A DNA stretch of 32,655 nt from a virus. Its lineage: Duplodnaviria; Caudoviricetes. Each line of letters opens with the position of its first letter. Positions within the stretch are counted from its first letter, which is position 1. Below, in pieces: positions 7,194-16,050 of this stretch. The position numbers were made by a program, and so were the translations under genes. The stretch covers positions 1-32,655 of IMG/VR virus record IMGVR_UViG_3300048856_000044; one strand, given 5' to 3'. The notes under the pieces were generated by a model. That model was not told the DNA's origin, made no database searches, and saw nothing but the letters and a program-made list of their open reading frames with translations.

Positions 7194-7637
7194 GTGTCCC
7201 ACCCCAGCGAGACCCCCGAGAAGGCGACGCACCTGCACGCCGTCGTGGACGAGACGGCGCCCGAGCCGGCCCGCATCCCGACGCCCGCCGAGGCATTCAT
7301 GCGGCAGCACAACCTCGAGCCGATCGCCCAGCGGTACCGCGCGGCCGCCTCCGAGCTGGCGGACCTGACGGTGCCGGTGCCCGTCGCCGACCTGCCGTTC
7401 CGCAAGGACGCACCGGCCACCGAGCCGCAGCCGTTCACCATCCGCGTCACCGCCGACGCCGGCTCGCCCGGCAGCCCCTCGTTCGAGGTCGCCGGGGTCG
7501 CCTACTGGCGCGAGCACGACGGGCGCCTCGACGTCTACGGGCCCGTCACTGGCGGTCGCGTGGCGAAGATCCTGTCGCGCGCGCCGTTCACCTGGGTCCA
7601 GGTCGAGCGCACCGACCGCATCGGGCGTGCACTGTGA
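7194..7637 (+). CDS. Hypothetical phage protein
   Basis: SD GAGGAGGA precedes GTG 7194. Stop overlaps the ParB start. Confidence 0.75.
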   Translation: MSHPSETPEKATHLHAVVDETAPEPARIPTPAEAFMRQHNLEPIAQRYRAAASELADLTVPVPVADLPFRKDAPATEPQPFTIRVTADAGSPGSPSFEVAGVAYWREHDGRLDVYGPVTGGRVAKILSRAPFTWVQVERTDRIGRAL

Positions 7638-9031
7638 ACGCCGCGAACGCGCCCCAGGTCGCGCCCGCCACCCGCGTCGACCCGCGCACCCTCGTCCTGG
7701 CCGAGAACGTCCGCCGCACAGTCGTGCTCGACACCGACTTCAAGCGCGACATCGCCGCGCGCGGCGTGCGCCAGCCCATCGAGGTGCGCCTCGACCCGCT
7801 CGACCAGCTCCTCGTCGTCACCGGCCAGCGCCGCACCCTCGCCGCGCTCGAGGCCGGCCTCGACGAGGTGCCCGTCGTGCTCGTCGAGGACATCGCCGAC
7901 GAGGCCGACCGCGTGGTGGAGCAGCTCGCCGAGAACCACCACCGCGCGGGCATCACCGCCGCGGACGACGCGGCCGCGGTCAAGCAGCTCGCCCTCTTCG
8001 GCCTGTCCCCTGCCCAGATCGCCAAGCGCACCGCCAGGCCCAAGGAGGAGGTCACGGCAGCCCTGGCGCTCGCTGACACCTCCGAGGGCACCCAGTCGGT
8101 CGTCGTCGCGGCCGGTCTCGACCTGGTCACCGCGGCGAAGATCGCCGAGTTCGACGGCGACACCGAGACCGTGGAGTACCTCGTCGAGCAGGCGATCGAG
8201 GACCCCACCGGCATCGACCACGACATCGCCCGGGCCCGCCGCGACAAGGCCGAGCGCGACGCCGTCGCCGCGCGGGCAGCCGAGCTGCGCGCCCAGGGCG
8301 TGACCGTCGCCGACTCCCTCACCGGCCACCAGGGCGCGGAGCGGCTCGACGACCTCACCGACTCGCCGAAGGCCACCGGCGGCGCACCGGCGATCGACCC
8401 GACCGCCCACCAGCTCAAGTGCCCCGGCCACTTCGTCACCCTGTACGCCGGCGTGACGATCGCCGGCGAGGTCAAGGTCTGCGAGACCGCCTACTGCGCC
8501 GACTGGAAGGCCCACGGCCACTTCAACCGCTACGCCCGCAACACCGCCACCGCGACCTCCGGGCCCAAGCCTGAGGAGGCCACCGCCGAGCGGCGCCGCG
8601 TCGTGGCGAACAACAAGGCTTCCGACGCCGCGCAGCAGGTGCGCCGGACGTTCCTGGGGCAGGTGCTGCAGCGCCCGCAGCTGCCGAAGGACGCGATCGA
8701 GCACGCCGCGGTGATGATCGCCGACTTCGGCCGCTTCCTCGGCGAGTACACCGTGCGCCAGATCCTGGACGAGGTGTGGCCGGCCGACGACCGCCACCCC
8801 GAGCGCGGCGGCATCCACGCCCACCGCGCGCTCCTCGCGCAGGCCTTCGCCCTCGGCGAGTGGGGCCTGCCCCGCGACTTCTGGCGCCAGCCCACGACCG
8901 ACGGCTGGGGCTCCACCAAGACCAAGGCCAAGGGCGTGCTCCACCTCGAGCGGCTGCAGCAGTGGGGCTACGGCCTCGCCCACGTCGAGGCCACCCGGCT
9001 CGCCCCCGACACCGCCACGAAGGAGGCCTGA
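7634..9031 (+). CDS. ParB/RepB/Spo0J-family protein
   Basis: N-terminal ParB domain: ENVR...DIAARGVRQPI...VVTGQRRTLAA...VPV...QLAENHHR, followed by an HTH segment. Confidence 0.9.
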   Translation: MNAANAPQVAPATRVDPRTLVLAENVRRTVVLDTDFKRDIAARGVRQPIEVRLDPLDQLLVVTGQRRTLAALEAGLDEVPVVLVEDIADEADRVVEQLAENHHRAGITAADDAAAVKQLALFGLSPAQIAKRTARPKEEVTAALALADTSEGTQSVVVAAGLDLVTAAKIAEFDGDTETVEYLVEQAIEDPTGIDHDIARARRDKAERDAVAARAAELRAQGVTVADSLTGHQGAERLDDLTDSPKATGGAPAIDPTAHQLKCPGHFVTLYAGVTIAGEVKVCETAYCADWKAHGHFNRYARNTATATSGPKPEEATAERRRVVANNKASDAAQQVRRTFLGQVLQRPQLPKDAIEHAAVMIADFGRFLGEYTVRQILDEVWPADDRHPERGGIHAHRALLAQAFALGEWGLPRDFWRQPTTDGWGSTKTKAKGVLHLERLQQWGYGLAHVEATRLAPDTATKEA

Positions 9032-9034
9032 CCC

Positions 9035-9463
9035 ATGACCGTCACCACCACCGACGTCGAGCACCTGCTCACCGAGCTCGGCGCCGAGCACCGACTCCAC
9101 CGCGTCGCCGGGACGACGCCCGCCGCCGTCCCCGCAGCGGTCACCTCCACCGTCCTCGTCTCCTACACGGCCTTCGAGCTTGCCAAGGGCGTCCGCGACG
9201 CCCGCCGCGAGCTGCAGGAGGCGCTCGCGGTGGCGCAGGACCAGATCGGCGTCGTCGCCGCGCTGACGAGCCTGCGCATGCAGGCCGCGCTCGACCCCCG
9301 CGTCGACGAGGAGGTCCTGCACACCGAGTGCCTGCGCCTGCTCGAGCTCGGCGGCATCGGCTGCCTGCCGCAGGACCAGGCCGTCGACGCCGTCGTGGCC
9401 ATGCTCGAGGGCTGGCAGCAGCGCCAGCAGCTCGCCGCGACCGGCCGCCTGGCGGTGGCGTGA
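9035..9463 (+). CDS. Hypothetical phage protein
   Basis: AAGGAGG SD, GC3-rich codons, coupled to the next gene. Confidence 0.75.
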   Translation: MTVTTTDVEHLLTELGAEHRLHRVAGTTPAAVPAAVTSTVLVSYTAFELAKGVRDARRELQEALAVAQDQIGVVAALTSLRMQAALDPRVDEEVLHTECLRLLELGGIGCLPQDQAVDAVVAMLEGWQQRQQLAATGRLAVA

Positions 9464-10326
9464 TGCCCGCGCCGAAGTGGATCCCCGCCGTCGGGGACGA
9501 GGTCTCATTCGAGATCCAAGCCGGGACCGGTCGTGTCTACGGCTGGGTCACGACCGCCCGGTGGGACGGCCGCGAGAACGTCGTCGACGTGCGCACCGGC
9601 GACGGCCGCGTCGTCAAGGGCGTCCCGTGGGACGCGCTCACGCTCGACACCACGCCCAGCGCCCAGCCGGCGCACGAGGCCGAGGCCGAGGAGGAAGCGC
9701 CCAGCGAGGCGCCCGCCCCGGCGGACGACCTCGTCGAGCGTGCCCGCGAGGTGCTCAACGCCGCGGCGCCCGCCGCCGCGGCGCCGCGCACCCTGGCGCC
9801 CGCCGACGATCACGACCCGGAGCCCGCCGCCCCGATCCTCCCGACGACGCAGGGCACGAAGCTGCGCAAGCTGCGCACCGCGATCGAGGACGCCGGCCTC
9901 AACGCCCGCAGCCTGCGCGAGTGGGCCCGCGAGCACGGCATCGAGGTCGGCACCGTCGGCCTGCCCGGCTGGGACGTCCTCAACGCCTACCTCGACGCCC
10001 AGCACGCCGACGGCACCACGACAGCGGACCTCGCGGCCGCGGCCGCCGAGCGCGCCACCGACGCGCCCGCCAAGCCGGCACCCCCGAAGACCAAGCCCGC
10101 GGCCCTCAAGCGCCGCCGCGCCACCCCCACCGCCGCGCCAGCACCCGTGGCGACCACGGCCGACGTCGACGCCGTCCTCGGCGCGCTCGAGGAGTACCTC
10201 GAGGTCATCGCCGCCGCCGGCCTCACCGCCACCCCCGCGCTCGGCGACGTCGTCACCCGCCTCAACACCGCCACCACCGCAGCCCGCACCGCCATCCGCA
10301 CGGCGCTCGCGGAGGTGACGGCATGA
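9463..10326 (+). CDS. Multidomain protein with an Lsr2-like DNA-binding segment
   Basis: ATG overlaps the upstream [32 protein letters not shown] resembles the Lsr2 C-terminal domain. N-terminus is beta-rich (SH3/KOW-like). Confidence 0.7.
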   Translation: MPAPKWIPAVGDEVSFEIQAGTGRVYGWVTTARWDGRENVVDVRTGDGRVVKGVPWDALTLDTTPSAQPAHEAEAEEEAPSEAPAPADDLVERAREVLNAAAPAAAAPRTLAPADDHDPEPAAPILPTTQGTKLRKLRTAIEDAGLNARSLREWAREHGIEVGTVGLPGWDVLNAYLDAQHADGTTTADLAAAAAERATDAPAKPAPPKTKPAALKRRRATPTAAPAPVATTADVDAVLGALEEYLEVIAAAGLTATPALGDVVTRLNTATTAARTAIRTALAEVTA

Positions 10327-10457
10327 CCCCCGGCAACCGCCAGACCGACCCCGACGCCCGTGCCCACCTGCTCGCCTCCCTCGAGTACGGCGTGAACTCC
10401 CTCGTCGGCCGCTGGACCGCCGACACCGACAACGACCCCGACCAGGAGGACGCATGA
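10323..10457 (+). CDS. Small hypothetical protein (44 aa)
   Basis: GGAGGTG SD and ATGA overlaps at both ends. Sequence [17 protein letters not shown]... Confidence 0.6.
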   Translation: MTPGNRQTDPDARAHLLASLEYGVNSLVGRWTADTDNDPDQEDA

Positions 10458-11557
10458 CGACCACCGAGGCCGAGACGCCGGCCACCGCCACCTCGGCGGC
10501 CCCGCCCGTCGACGTGTACGTCGGTCGCGCCACCCTGCGCATGGCGCTCGCGGCGGTGCTGCCGCACGTCTGCGCCGACGACAACATCCCCGCGCTGCAG
10601 CGCGTGCGCCTGCAGTTCGTCGACGACAGCACCGTTCTGGCCCTGGCGCTCGACCGCTACACCGCGGCCGCCGCCCGGATCAGCGTGCAGGACGTCCTCG
10701 AGCTGCCCGAGCTGGCCACCGTCGACATCGAGCCCCGCTCAGCGCGCGAGGTGCTCGCCGTGCTCACCCCGCCGCGCGACAAGGACGCCCGCAACCAGTG
10801 GGAGCAGGACGCCTTCCACCTGTACGTCACCGCCAAGGACGTCACCTTCACCGAGGAGGACGCCTTCCTCGACGGGCGCTCGCTGACCGTGCCGCGGATC
10901 CCCACGGACGACGTCGTGCGCCCCGGCGGCGGCTTCCCGGATGTGCCGCGGCTGATCGCCTCGACGCTGTCTCTGCCGACGCGCGACGAGGTGCGCCAGG
11001 GCCTGAACACCGAGCTGCTCATGCGCTGGGTCAAGACGGCGAACGTCTACCAGCACCCGCTCAAGGTCACGCCGCGCCGGCACGCGACGTCGGACCGCGT
11101 CGCCGGGTGGACGGTGCGGGTCGGCGACGTCGACGAGGCCGCCGTCGGTGTGATCATGCCGATCGACCTCGACACCGAGGAGGCGCACAAGGCCGACGAC
11201 GCGTGGTTCCAGCGCCTGCGCCGCGCGGTCGGCGACTACCGGCATGTCGAGGAGCCGGAGAGCATCGTTGAGGTCGTCCAGCGGCTCTACGAGGTCACCA
11301 ACGACCCCGAGGCGCTTGACGTCGACACGAACCTCCTGCGCGACGCCGCCCGCCTGGTGCTCACCACGCAGTTCGGCTCGACCAGCATGCTGCAGCGCAA
11401 GCTGCGCATCGGCTTCGCCAAGGCCGGCGCCGTCATGGACGAGCTCGAGCGGCTCGAGGTCGTCGCCCCCAGCGAGGGGAGCAAGGCCCGCCACGTGCTG
11501 CTGCCGCCGGCCGCGCTCGACGACGTCCTAGCCCGCATCGAGGGAGGCGAGCTGTGA
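10454..11557 (+). CDS. Beta-clamp (DnaN)-like domain fused to an FtsK gamma winged-helix domain
   Basis: N-terminus [22 protein letters not shown]...[10 protein letters not shown] resembles DnaN's ATDRYRLA region. C-terminus [42 protein letters not shown] is a classic FtsK-gamma. Confidence 0.85.
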   Translation: MTTTEAETPATATSAAPPVDVYVGRATLRMALAAVLPHVCADDNIPALQRVRLQFVDDSTVLALALDRYTAAAARISVQDVLELPELATVDIEPRSAREVLAVLTPPRDKDARNQWEQDAFHLYVTAKDVTFTEEDAFLDGRSLTVPRIPTDDVVRPGGGFPDVPRLIASTLSLPTRDEVRQGLNTELLMRWVKTANVYQHPLKVTPRRHATSDRVAGWTVRVGDVDEAAVGVIMPIDLDTEEAHKADDAWFQRLRRAVGDYRHVEEPESIVEVVQRLYEVTNDPEALDVDTNLLRDAARLVLTTQFGSTSMLQRKLRIGFAKAGAVMDELERLEVVAPSEGSKARHVLLPPAALDDVLARIEGGEL

Positions 11558-11676
11558 GCGGCGCCGCCGTCATCACCGCGGCCGCCGCGGCCGTCGTCGT
11601 GGCCGCCTCGCTGGCCGTCGTCGGGCTGGCATGGGCTGAGGCCACGGCCGCGCGCGAGGAGGCCACTCGTGACTGA
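11554..11676 (+). CDS. Small single-TM protein (40 aa), not in the ORF track
   Basis: GGAGG SD and GTGA overlap. Sequence [40 protein letters not shown]. Confidence 0.6.
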   Translation: MSGAAVITAAAAAVVVAASLAVVGLAWAEATAAREEATRD

Positions 11677-11971
11677 CCTGGTACCCACGGAAGAGATCGA
11701 GCAGCTCGTCGGCGCGCAGCGCCTGCCCATGGCGCACGTGGGCCGCGCGGTGTCGGCAAAGGAGACGGTCTACATCCTGCATTCGCAGCGGTGCAAGGAC
11801 GCTGGGGGCGACCTGCGCACGTGCCCCTTCTCGCTCGCCCTGGACGAGGGGATCGACCTGCGCCGGTGGGCCGAGTTCATGGATCGGCCCGTGGTCCTCG
11901 GCGTCTCACCGGCGGGCGGCTCGCTCGTGCCGCTCTACAGCCTCCCGCACGACCTGGCCGCCCGTGGCTAG
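11669..11971 (+). CDS. Hypothetical phage protein
   Basis: GAGGAGG SD. Contains HxGRA...YILHSQRC...CPFSLALDEG. Confidence 0.75.
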   Translation: MTDLVPTEEIEQLVGAQRLPMAHVGRAVSAKETVYILHSQRCKDAGGDLRTCPFSLALDEGIDLRRWAEFMDRPVVLGVSPAGGSLVPLYSLPHDLAARG

Positions 11972-12341
11972 CCGTCCGCCCGTCGCGGGTCACCAGCGGG
12001 CGATGACCGCGGCGGAGTACCAGGCGCAGGTCGCTAAGCAGATGAGCGAGGAGACCTTCCAGCGGAAGGTCATCGCCCTCGCCCACGAGCTGGGCTACGA
12101 GCGGATCTACCACACCTACGACTCGCGCCGATCGGTCGCCGGCTACCCGGACCTGCACATGGTCTCGGCCCGCCGCGGCCGCTCGCTCTTCGCCGAGCTG
12201 AAGACCATGCGAGGCACCGTCTCGCCCGACCAGCGGCACTGGCTCAACGACCTGCGCGCCGTCGGCGTCGAGGCCCACGTCTGGCGCCCGATCCACCTCT
12301 TCGACGGCACCATCACCGCCGTCCTGACCCGGAAGGACTGA
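11964..12341 (+). CDS. VRR-NUC domain nuclease (start could be 12003)
   Basis: SEETFQ...GYPDL...LFAELK...G.VSPDQ..W PD-(D/E)xK VRR-NUC signature. Confidence 0.9.
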   Translation: MASRPPVAGHQRAMTAAEYQAQVAKQMSEETFQRKVIALAHELGYERIYHTYDSRRSVAGYPDLHMVSARRGRSLFAELKTMRGTVSPDQRHWLNDLRAVGVEAHVWRPIHLFDGTITAVLTRKD

Positions 12342-12345
12342 CCCA

Positions 12346-12537
12346 GTGAAGATCCGGCACGAGATCACTCAGAGCGGCTCCGGAGCGCTCACCGTCGCCC
12401 AGCTGCAGGACCTCGCCGCGGCGCTCTCGGCGCAGGCGCCCGCGGAGGCCGCCGTGTGGCTCCACACCGCCGACAGCCAGCGCGAGGGCACCTACTGGAA
12501 CCTCCGCGTCATCTGGGAAGCCGACAGCGAGACATGA
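12346..12537 (+). CDS. Small hypothetical protein
   Basis: AAGGA SD and tight operon packing. Confidence 0.65.
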   Translation: MKIRHEITQSGSGALTVAQLQDLAAALSAQAPAEAAVWLHTADSQREGTYWNLRVIWEADSET

Positions 12538-12791
12538 CCGGCCCTCGGCGCTCGCGGCCCTGCACCTGCTGCGGCAAAGCCCCGGCGCGGCTGTACGCGG
12601 GCGGCTGGCGGTGCGACGAGCACGCCCCGCCGCGGCAGCCGTCGCCGCCGCCGGGCACGACCCTCGCGGAGATCCGCGCCGAGCACGAGAAGCGGAAGGA
12701 GGTGACCTTTGTGCCGAAGACCCCTGAGCGTTGCGACTCCTGCGGCCGTGTGATCAACCCGCACACGGCCGAGTGCCGGTGCAGCGACTGA
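12534..12791 (+). CDS. Small Cys-rich zinc-finger protein
   Basis: ATGA overlap. Motifs CxxC...RLYAGGWRCxxH and CxxCG...CRC. Confidence 0.7.
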   Translation: MTGPRRSRPCTCCGKAPARLYAGGWRCDEHAPPRQPSPPPGTTLAEIRAEHEKRKEVTFVPKTPERCDSCGRVINPHTAECRCSD

Positions 12792-12834
12792 CCGCCCTGC
12801 TCCCCCGAACCATCACCCCGAGAGGACGACCGAC

Positions 12835-14019
12835 GTGGCCTGGCTGCGCTTCACCGACACCTTCGCGACGCATCCGATCGTGCTCGCCGTGCTCGAGCAC
12901 CCGGAGGCGGACGACCGGTCGGTGAACGAGATCGCCGGCTTCATCACCCGGTGCTCCACGCAGGCGGGCCTGCACTACACCGACTACGTCTTCACGTTCG
13001 CCACCGCGGTCACCATGGCCGGCAACAACAAGGCCGCGGCCGAGCGGCTGCTGCTGCAGGCCGAGTTCGCCGGCTACGGCGTCAACGAGATCGACGAGGC
13101 CACGGGCCGGCGCCGCTTCCGCCTGGTCGACGACCCCGAGTTCATCCACATGATCACCGCCGAGCAGAAGGCGTGGGAGCAGCAGCGCAAGGCCGACAAC
13201 GCCAACACGGACATCACCGCCCCGGTGCGGTGCCGCGACGGGGACGTCTGCCGCTACTGCTACAACGTCGTCAACTTCGACGCCCGCAAGGGCAAGCTGC
13301 GCGGCACCTACGACCACCGCCCGCCCGGCCAGCCCGGCTCGGTGGAGACGTCGGTCGTCGCGTGCGGCGAGTGCAACTCCCGCCGCGGCAACCAGCCCGT
13401 CGAGGTCGCCGACCTCGAGCTGCCGCTCCTGCCGCCCCTGCCCGAGCCCTACTACCGCCCCGCGACCCGCAGCTGGCTGCAGGGCTACGCGCAGGTCCTG
13501 CGCCGCAACGGCATGACCCCGCCTCCGCCCGCCCCCGACGACAAGCCTCTCGCGGCCGGCAGGCCCGCCCCTGGCGCGAAGCAGGCGCTCGCAGCGCTGC
13601 ACGCGACGGACGAGCCCGCCCCGCAGGCAGCAGCGGACACCGCACCCCGCCCGGGTGTGCGACCCGCAGCGCCGCAGGCAGCAACTCAGGCCGCGCCCAC
13701 CGGGCCCGCCACGAGCAGCGCCACAGCCGCGAGCGCCGTTCCGGCAGATCCCAGCAGATCCCAGCAGAAGCCCGGTCTCCAGGATCTGGATTCTTCGGGA
13801 CGGGTCGGGACGGGTCGGGACGGGTCTTCCTACGGGTCTACAGGGGGCGGGTCTCCGGCAGCCCACCTCAGCCGTCCGCCTGCCTCCGCCGTCCCCGCCG
13901 CCTCACCCGCACCCGGCAGCACGCACCAGCCCCAGCAGACCTCTTCCGCTTCTCCTCGCCGTCGCCGTCGTGGCAAGCGAGGAGGCTCCCGCCCTACCTC
14001 CGGAGGCTCCCGAGCATGA
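12835..14019 (+). CDS. Putative replication initiator with an internal HNH-like zinc domain
   Basis: MAWLRFTDTF..HP N-terminus typical of actinophage Rep proteins. RDGDVCRYC...YDH...VACGECNSRRG HNH motif. Low-complexity C-terminus carries DNA repeats. Confidence 0.75.
   Translation: MAWLRFTDTFATHPIVLAVLEHPEADDRSVNEIAGFITRCSTQAGLHYTDYVFTFATAVTMAGNNKAAAERLLLQAEFAGYGVNEIDEATGRRRFRLVDDPEFIHMITAEQKAWEQQRKADNANTDITAPVRCRDGDVCRYCYNVVNFDARKGKLRGTYDHRPPGQPGSVETSVVACGECNSRRGNQPVEVADLELPLLPPLPEPYYRPATRSWLQGYAQVLRRNGMTPPPPAPDDKPLAAGRPAPGAKQALAALHATDEPAPQAAADTAPRPGVRPAAPQAATQAAPTGPATSSATAASAVPADPSRSQQKPGLQDLDSSGRVGTGRDGSSYGSTGGGSPAAHLSRPPASAVPAASPAPGSTHQPQQTSSASPRRRRRGKRGGSRPTSGGSRA
13741..13826. repeat. 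10-bp-phased iteron-like repeats, candidate replication origin
   Basis: CC(G/A)GCAGATC about 2.8 times (13741-13768), inverted GGATCTG at 13782-13788, and TCGGGACGGG three times (13795-13826). Confidence 0.7.
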
Positions 14020-15068
14020 CCACCGCCCCCACCTGCGAGCAGCACGACCTGGCCCGGCTCGACGACGGCCGCTGGGCGTGCACCGCCTGCCCGCTCGTCG
14101 TGCCGGCCTGCACGCACTGCCCGCGTCCCCTGCACGACACCGCGCTGCTGGTTTGCGACCGCTGCGTCGAGCGTGGCCGCCGGCTCGTGCTCGACATCGC
14201 CGAGGACCTCGAACGCTTCCCGTACACCGTGCTCGAGGCTGCCGGCCTGCGCTCGGCCCGGTACGACCTCGTGCGCACCACCACCGCTGACGACGACGCC
14301 AGGCTGCCCTTCGGCCTCGACGCCGTCACCCCGGACCCGCACGGCGGCATCGCGACCCTGGTCAAGCGCCCCGAGACCGCGGTCGACATCCTGGCTGGCT
14401 GGGCAGAGCTCTGGGCCGAGACCCGGGGCGACAGCCTCGACGACACGGTCCGGCGCGACGGCTGGGCGTCCTACCTCGCCGCCCACACCGTCTGGGCCAT
14501 GCAGAACCCAGACGCCTCCGACTGGACCACCTACGCCGACGAGGCCCGCATTGTCCGCTCCACCGTCCGCCGCATCCTCGGCATCACCCCCGTCCGCGAA
14601 GGCACCCCCTGCCCCGACTGCGGCGCCGACACCGTCCGCGACTGGCAGCCCCGCGCCGACCACACCCCCACCCACGAGCACGACCACGTCACCCGCCGCC
14701 ACGGCCTCACCCTCGAGGGCCTCGCCGACACCGTCCGCTGCACCCGCTGCCACCGCTCTTGGGACACCCCCACCGACCTCCACCTCGCGGCGCTCGCGGC
14801 GCTGCCGTCCATGCCGGCCGTGCGGCCGTGGGCGCTGGTGACGTTCGCGCAGCTCGCGCTCGCGCTCGAGGGCCGGGTGCCGCGGGGCACGCTCAAGTCC
14901 TGGATCTTCCGGGGCCAGCTGCGGCCGGTGCAGGGCCCGTGGCCGCGCTCGGAGACCCGGGTGCGCATGCGCCGCGACGGCACCGAGCGCCTGTACCGCC
15001 TCGGAGACGCTGAGCGACTGTGCGCCCCGTCTGCATCCAACGCACGCTCCGGTCAGGTCCGCGAGTAG
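14016..15068 (+). CDS. Zinc-ribbon plus C-terminal HTH protein, putative late-gene regulator
   Basis: ATGA overlap. Several CxxC pairs (CPDCG, CTRC) and C-terminal VTFAQL...VPRGTLKSWIFRGQL...LYRLGD HTH. Last early gene before the late promoter region. Confidence 0.75.
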   Translation: MTTAPTCEQHDLARLDDGRWACTACPLVVPACTHCPRPLHDTALLVCDRCVERGRRLVLDIAEDLERFPYTVLEAAGLRSARYDLVRTTTADDDARLPFGLDAVTPDPHGGIATLVKRPETAVDILAGWAELWAETRGDSLDDTVRRDGWASYLAAHTVWAMQNPDASDWTTYADEARIVRSTVRRILGITPVREGTPCPDCGADTVRDWQPRADHTPTHEHDHVTRRHGLTLEGLADTVRCTRCHRSWDTPTDLHLAALAALPSMPAVRPWALVTFAQLALALEGRVPRGTLKSWIFRGQLRPVQGPWPRSETRVRMRRDGTERLYRLGDAERLCAPSASNARSGQVRE

Positions 15069-15088
15069 CCCTCCGGCCTACGACGAGC

Positions 15089-15120
15089 GCGGAGGCGGGC
15101 ATGCCAAGGTCCGCCTCCGC
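15089..15120 (+). terminator. Hairpin after the early operon
   Basis: GCGGAGGCGGGC/GTCCGCCTCCGC 12-bp stem with one G-U pair. No long U-tract. Confidence 0.55.
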
Positions 15121-15132
15121 TACTCTCTCGGC

Positions 15133-15828
15133 ATGCCGAATCCTGCAGCCGAGCTGTTTGACATCTTCATGGGATGGCGTCAGACCGCCGGCGGGTCCGT
15201 CGCGATTCGGCGGGGATTCGCCGGCAGCGATACCAGCGAGCGAGCGCACAGCGAGCACGTCCACGCCATGATCCTGCTCTCCCAGGTCAAAGAGGAGATC
15301 GACAAGCTCGGGCAGGCCGGGCGCCGGGTCCGAACGTACCGGGAGGCCTTCCCCAAGTGGGTCCAGGTGGTGCTGGGGATGCACGTGTCAACCGGCTGGA
15401 ACCAATCCTCGGCGCCCAGCACCGATGTACCCAGGGACCTTCTGGATCCGCTCGAGACGCTCGCCGACGTACTCGACCACACAATCACGACCCCGCTCGA
15501 CGCCGTCGCCGTCACGAACCTCAAGGTTCTGCTGCGGGAGATCCTCGCGGCGGTCGACGAGGACACCGCACTGGATCAGAGGCTGAGCCTCCACATCAAG
15601 CGGGCGGTCCGTCACTTCGAGACGTGCATCGACGAGTACGCCGTACACGGCGAGAGCGCGACCATGGAAGCCTGGGACGCGGTGTGGGCGTCTGTGCAAG
15701 CTGCAAGTTCCCAGTCGAGCGATCCCACGCGATGGACAAAGTTCGCGGAGCGACTCTTCTACCCCACGGCCTCGGGCCTGCTCGCCAGCCTGCCGAGCAT
15801 GGCGCTGCAGATCACGGGGCAGGGCTAG
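15133..15828 (+). CDS. Moron-like hypothetical protein (231 aa)
   Basis: Clean ORF with more A/T-ending codons than its neighbours. TACTCT -10 at 15121-15126 and no SD, suggesting a leaderless transcript. Confidence 0.8.
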   Translation: MPNPAAELFDIFMGWRQTAGGSVAIRRGFAGSDTSERAHSEHVHAMILLSQVKEEIDKLGQAGRRVRTYREAFPKWVQVVLGMHVSTGWNQSSAPSTDVPRDLLDPLETLADVLDHTITTPLDAVAVTNLKVLLREILAAVDEDTALDQRLSLHIKRAVRHFETCIDEYAVHGESATMEAWDAVWASVQAASSQSSDPTRWTKFAERLFYPTASGLLASLPSMALQITGQG

Positions 15829-15919
15829 AGCTCGATCCGGCGCTGGCGCTGACCTGTACGTTCGTGGCATGATTCGCCTGCAACCACTTCTGGGTTCGTC
15901 CGCGCCCTGAAAGAGGTAC

Positions 15920-15962
15920 CGAAGCCCCGCCGGCCATCGCGCCGAGCGGGGCTTCGTCGTTC
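15920..15962 (+). terminator. Intrinsic terminator-like hairpin upstream of the late operon
   Basis: CGAAGCCCCGC...GCGGGGCTTCG stem followed by TCGTT. Confidence 0.7.
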
Positions 15963-16050
15963 CCGGGGTGGGTCATCTGGGGAGATGGGCAGTGCGGGAG
16001 GCGGTGGGCACCGTCTCCCGCACACCCCGCTCGTGTAGGAGGTGGGCGCC

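Noticed and set aside
7535-9508. Long antisense and alternative-frame ORFs (e.g. 7535-9508, 18900-20969, 21550-23295 and 25885-27489 on -, 19055-22033 on +)
   Set aside because: Shadow ORFs typical of very high GC DNA. They overlap well-supported genes and give Arg/Gly/Pro-rich or mirror-codon translations with no motifs.
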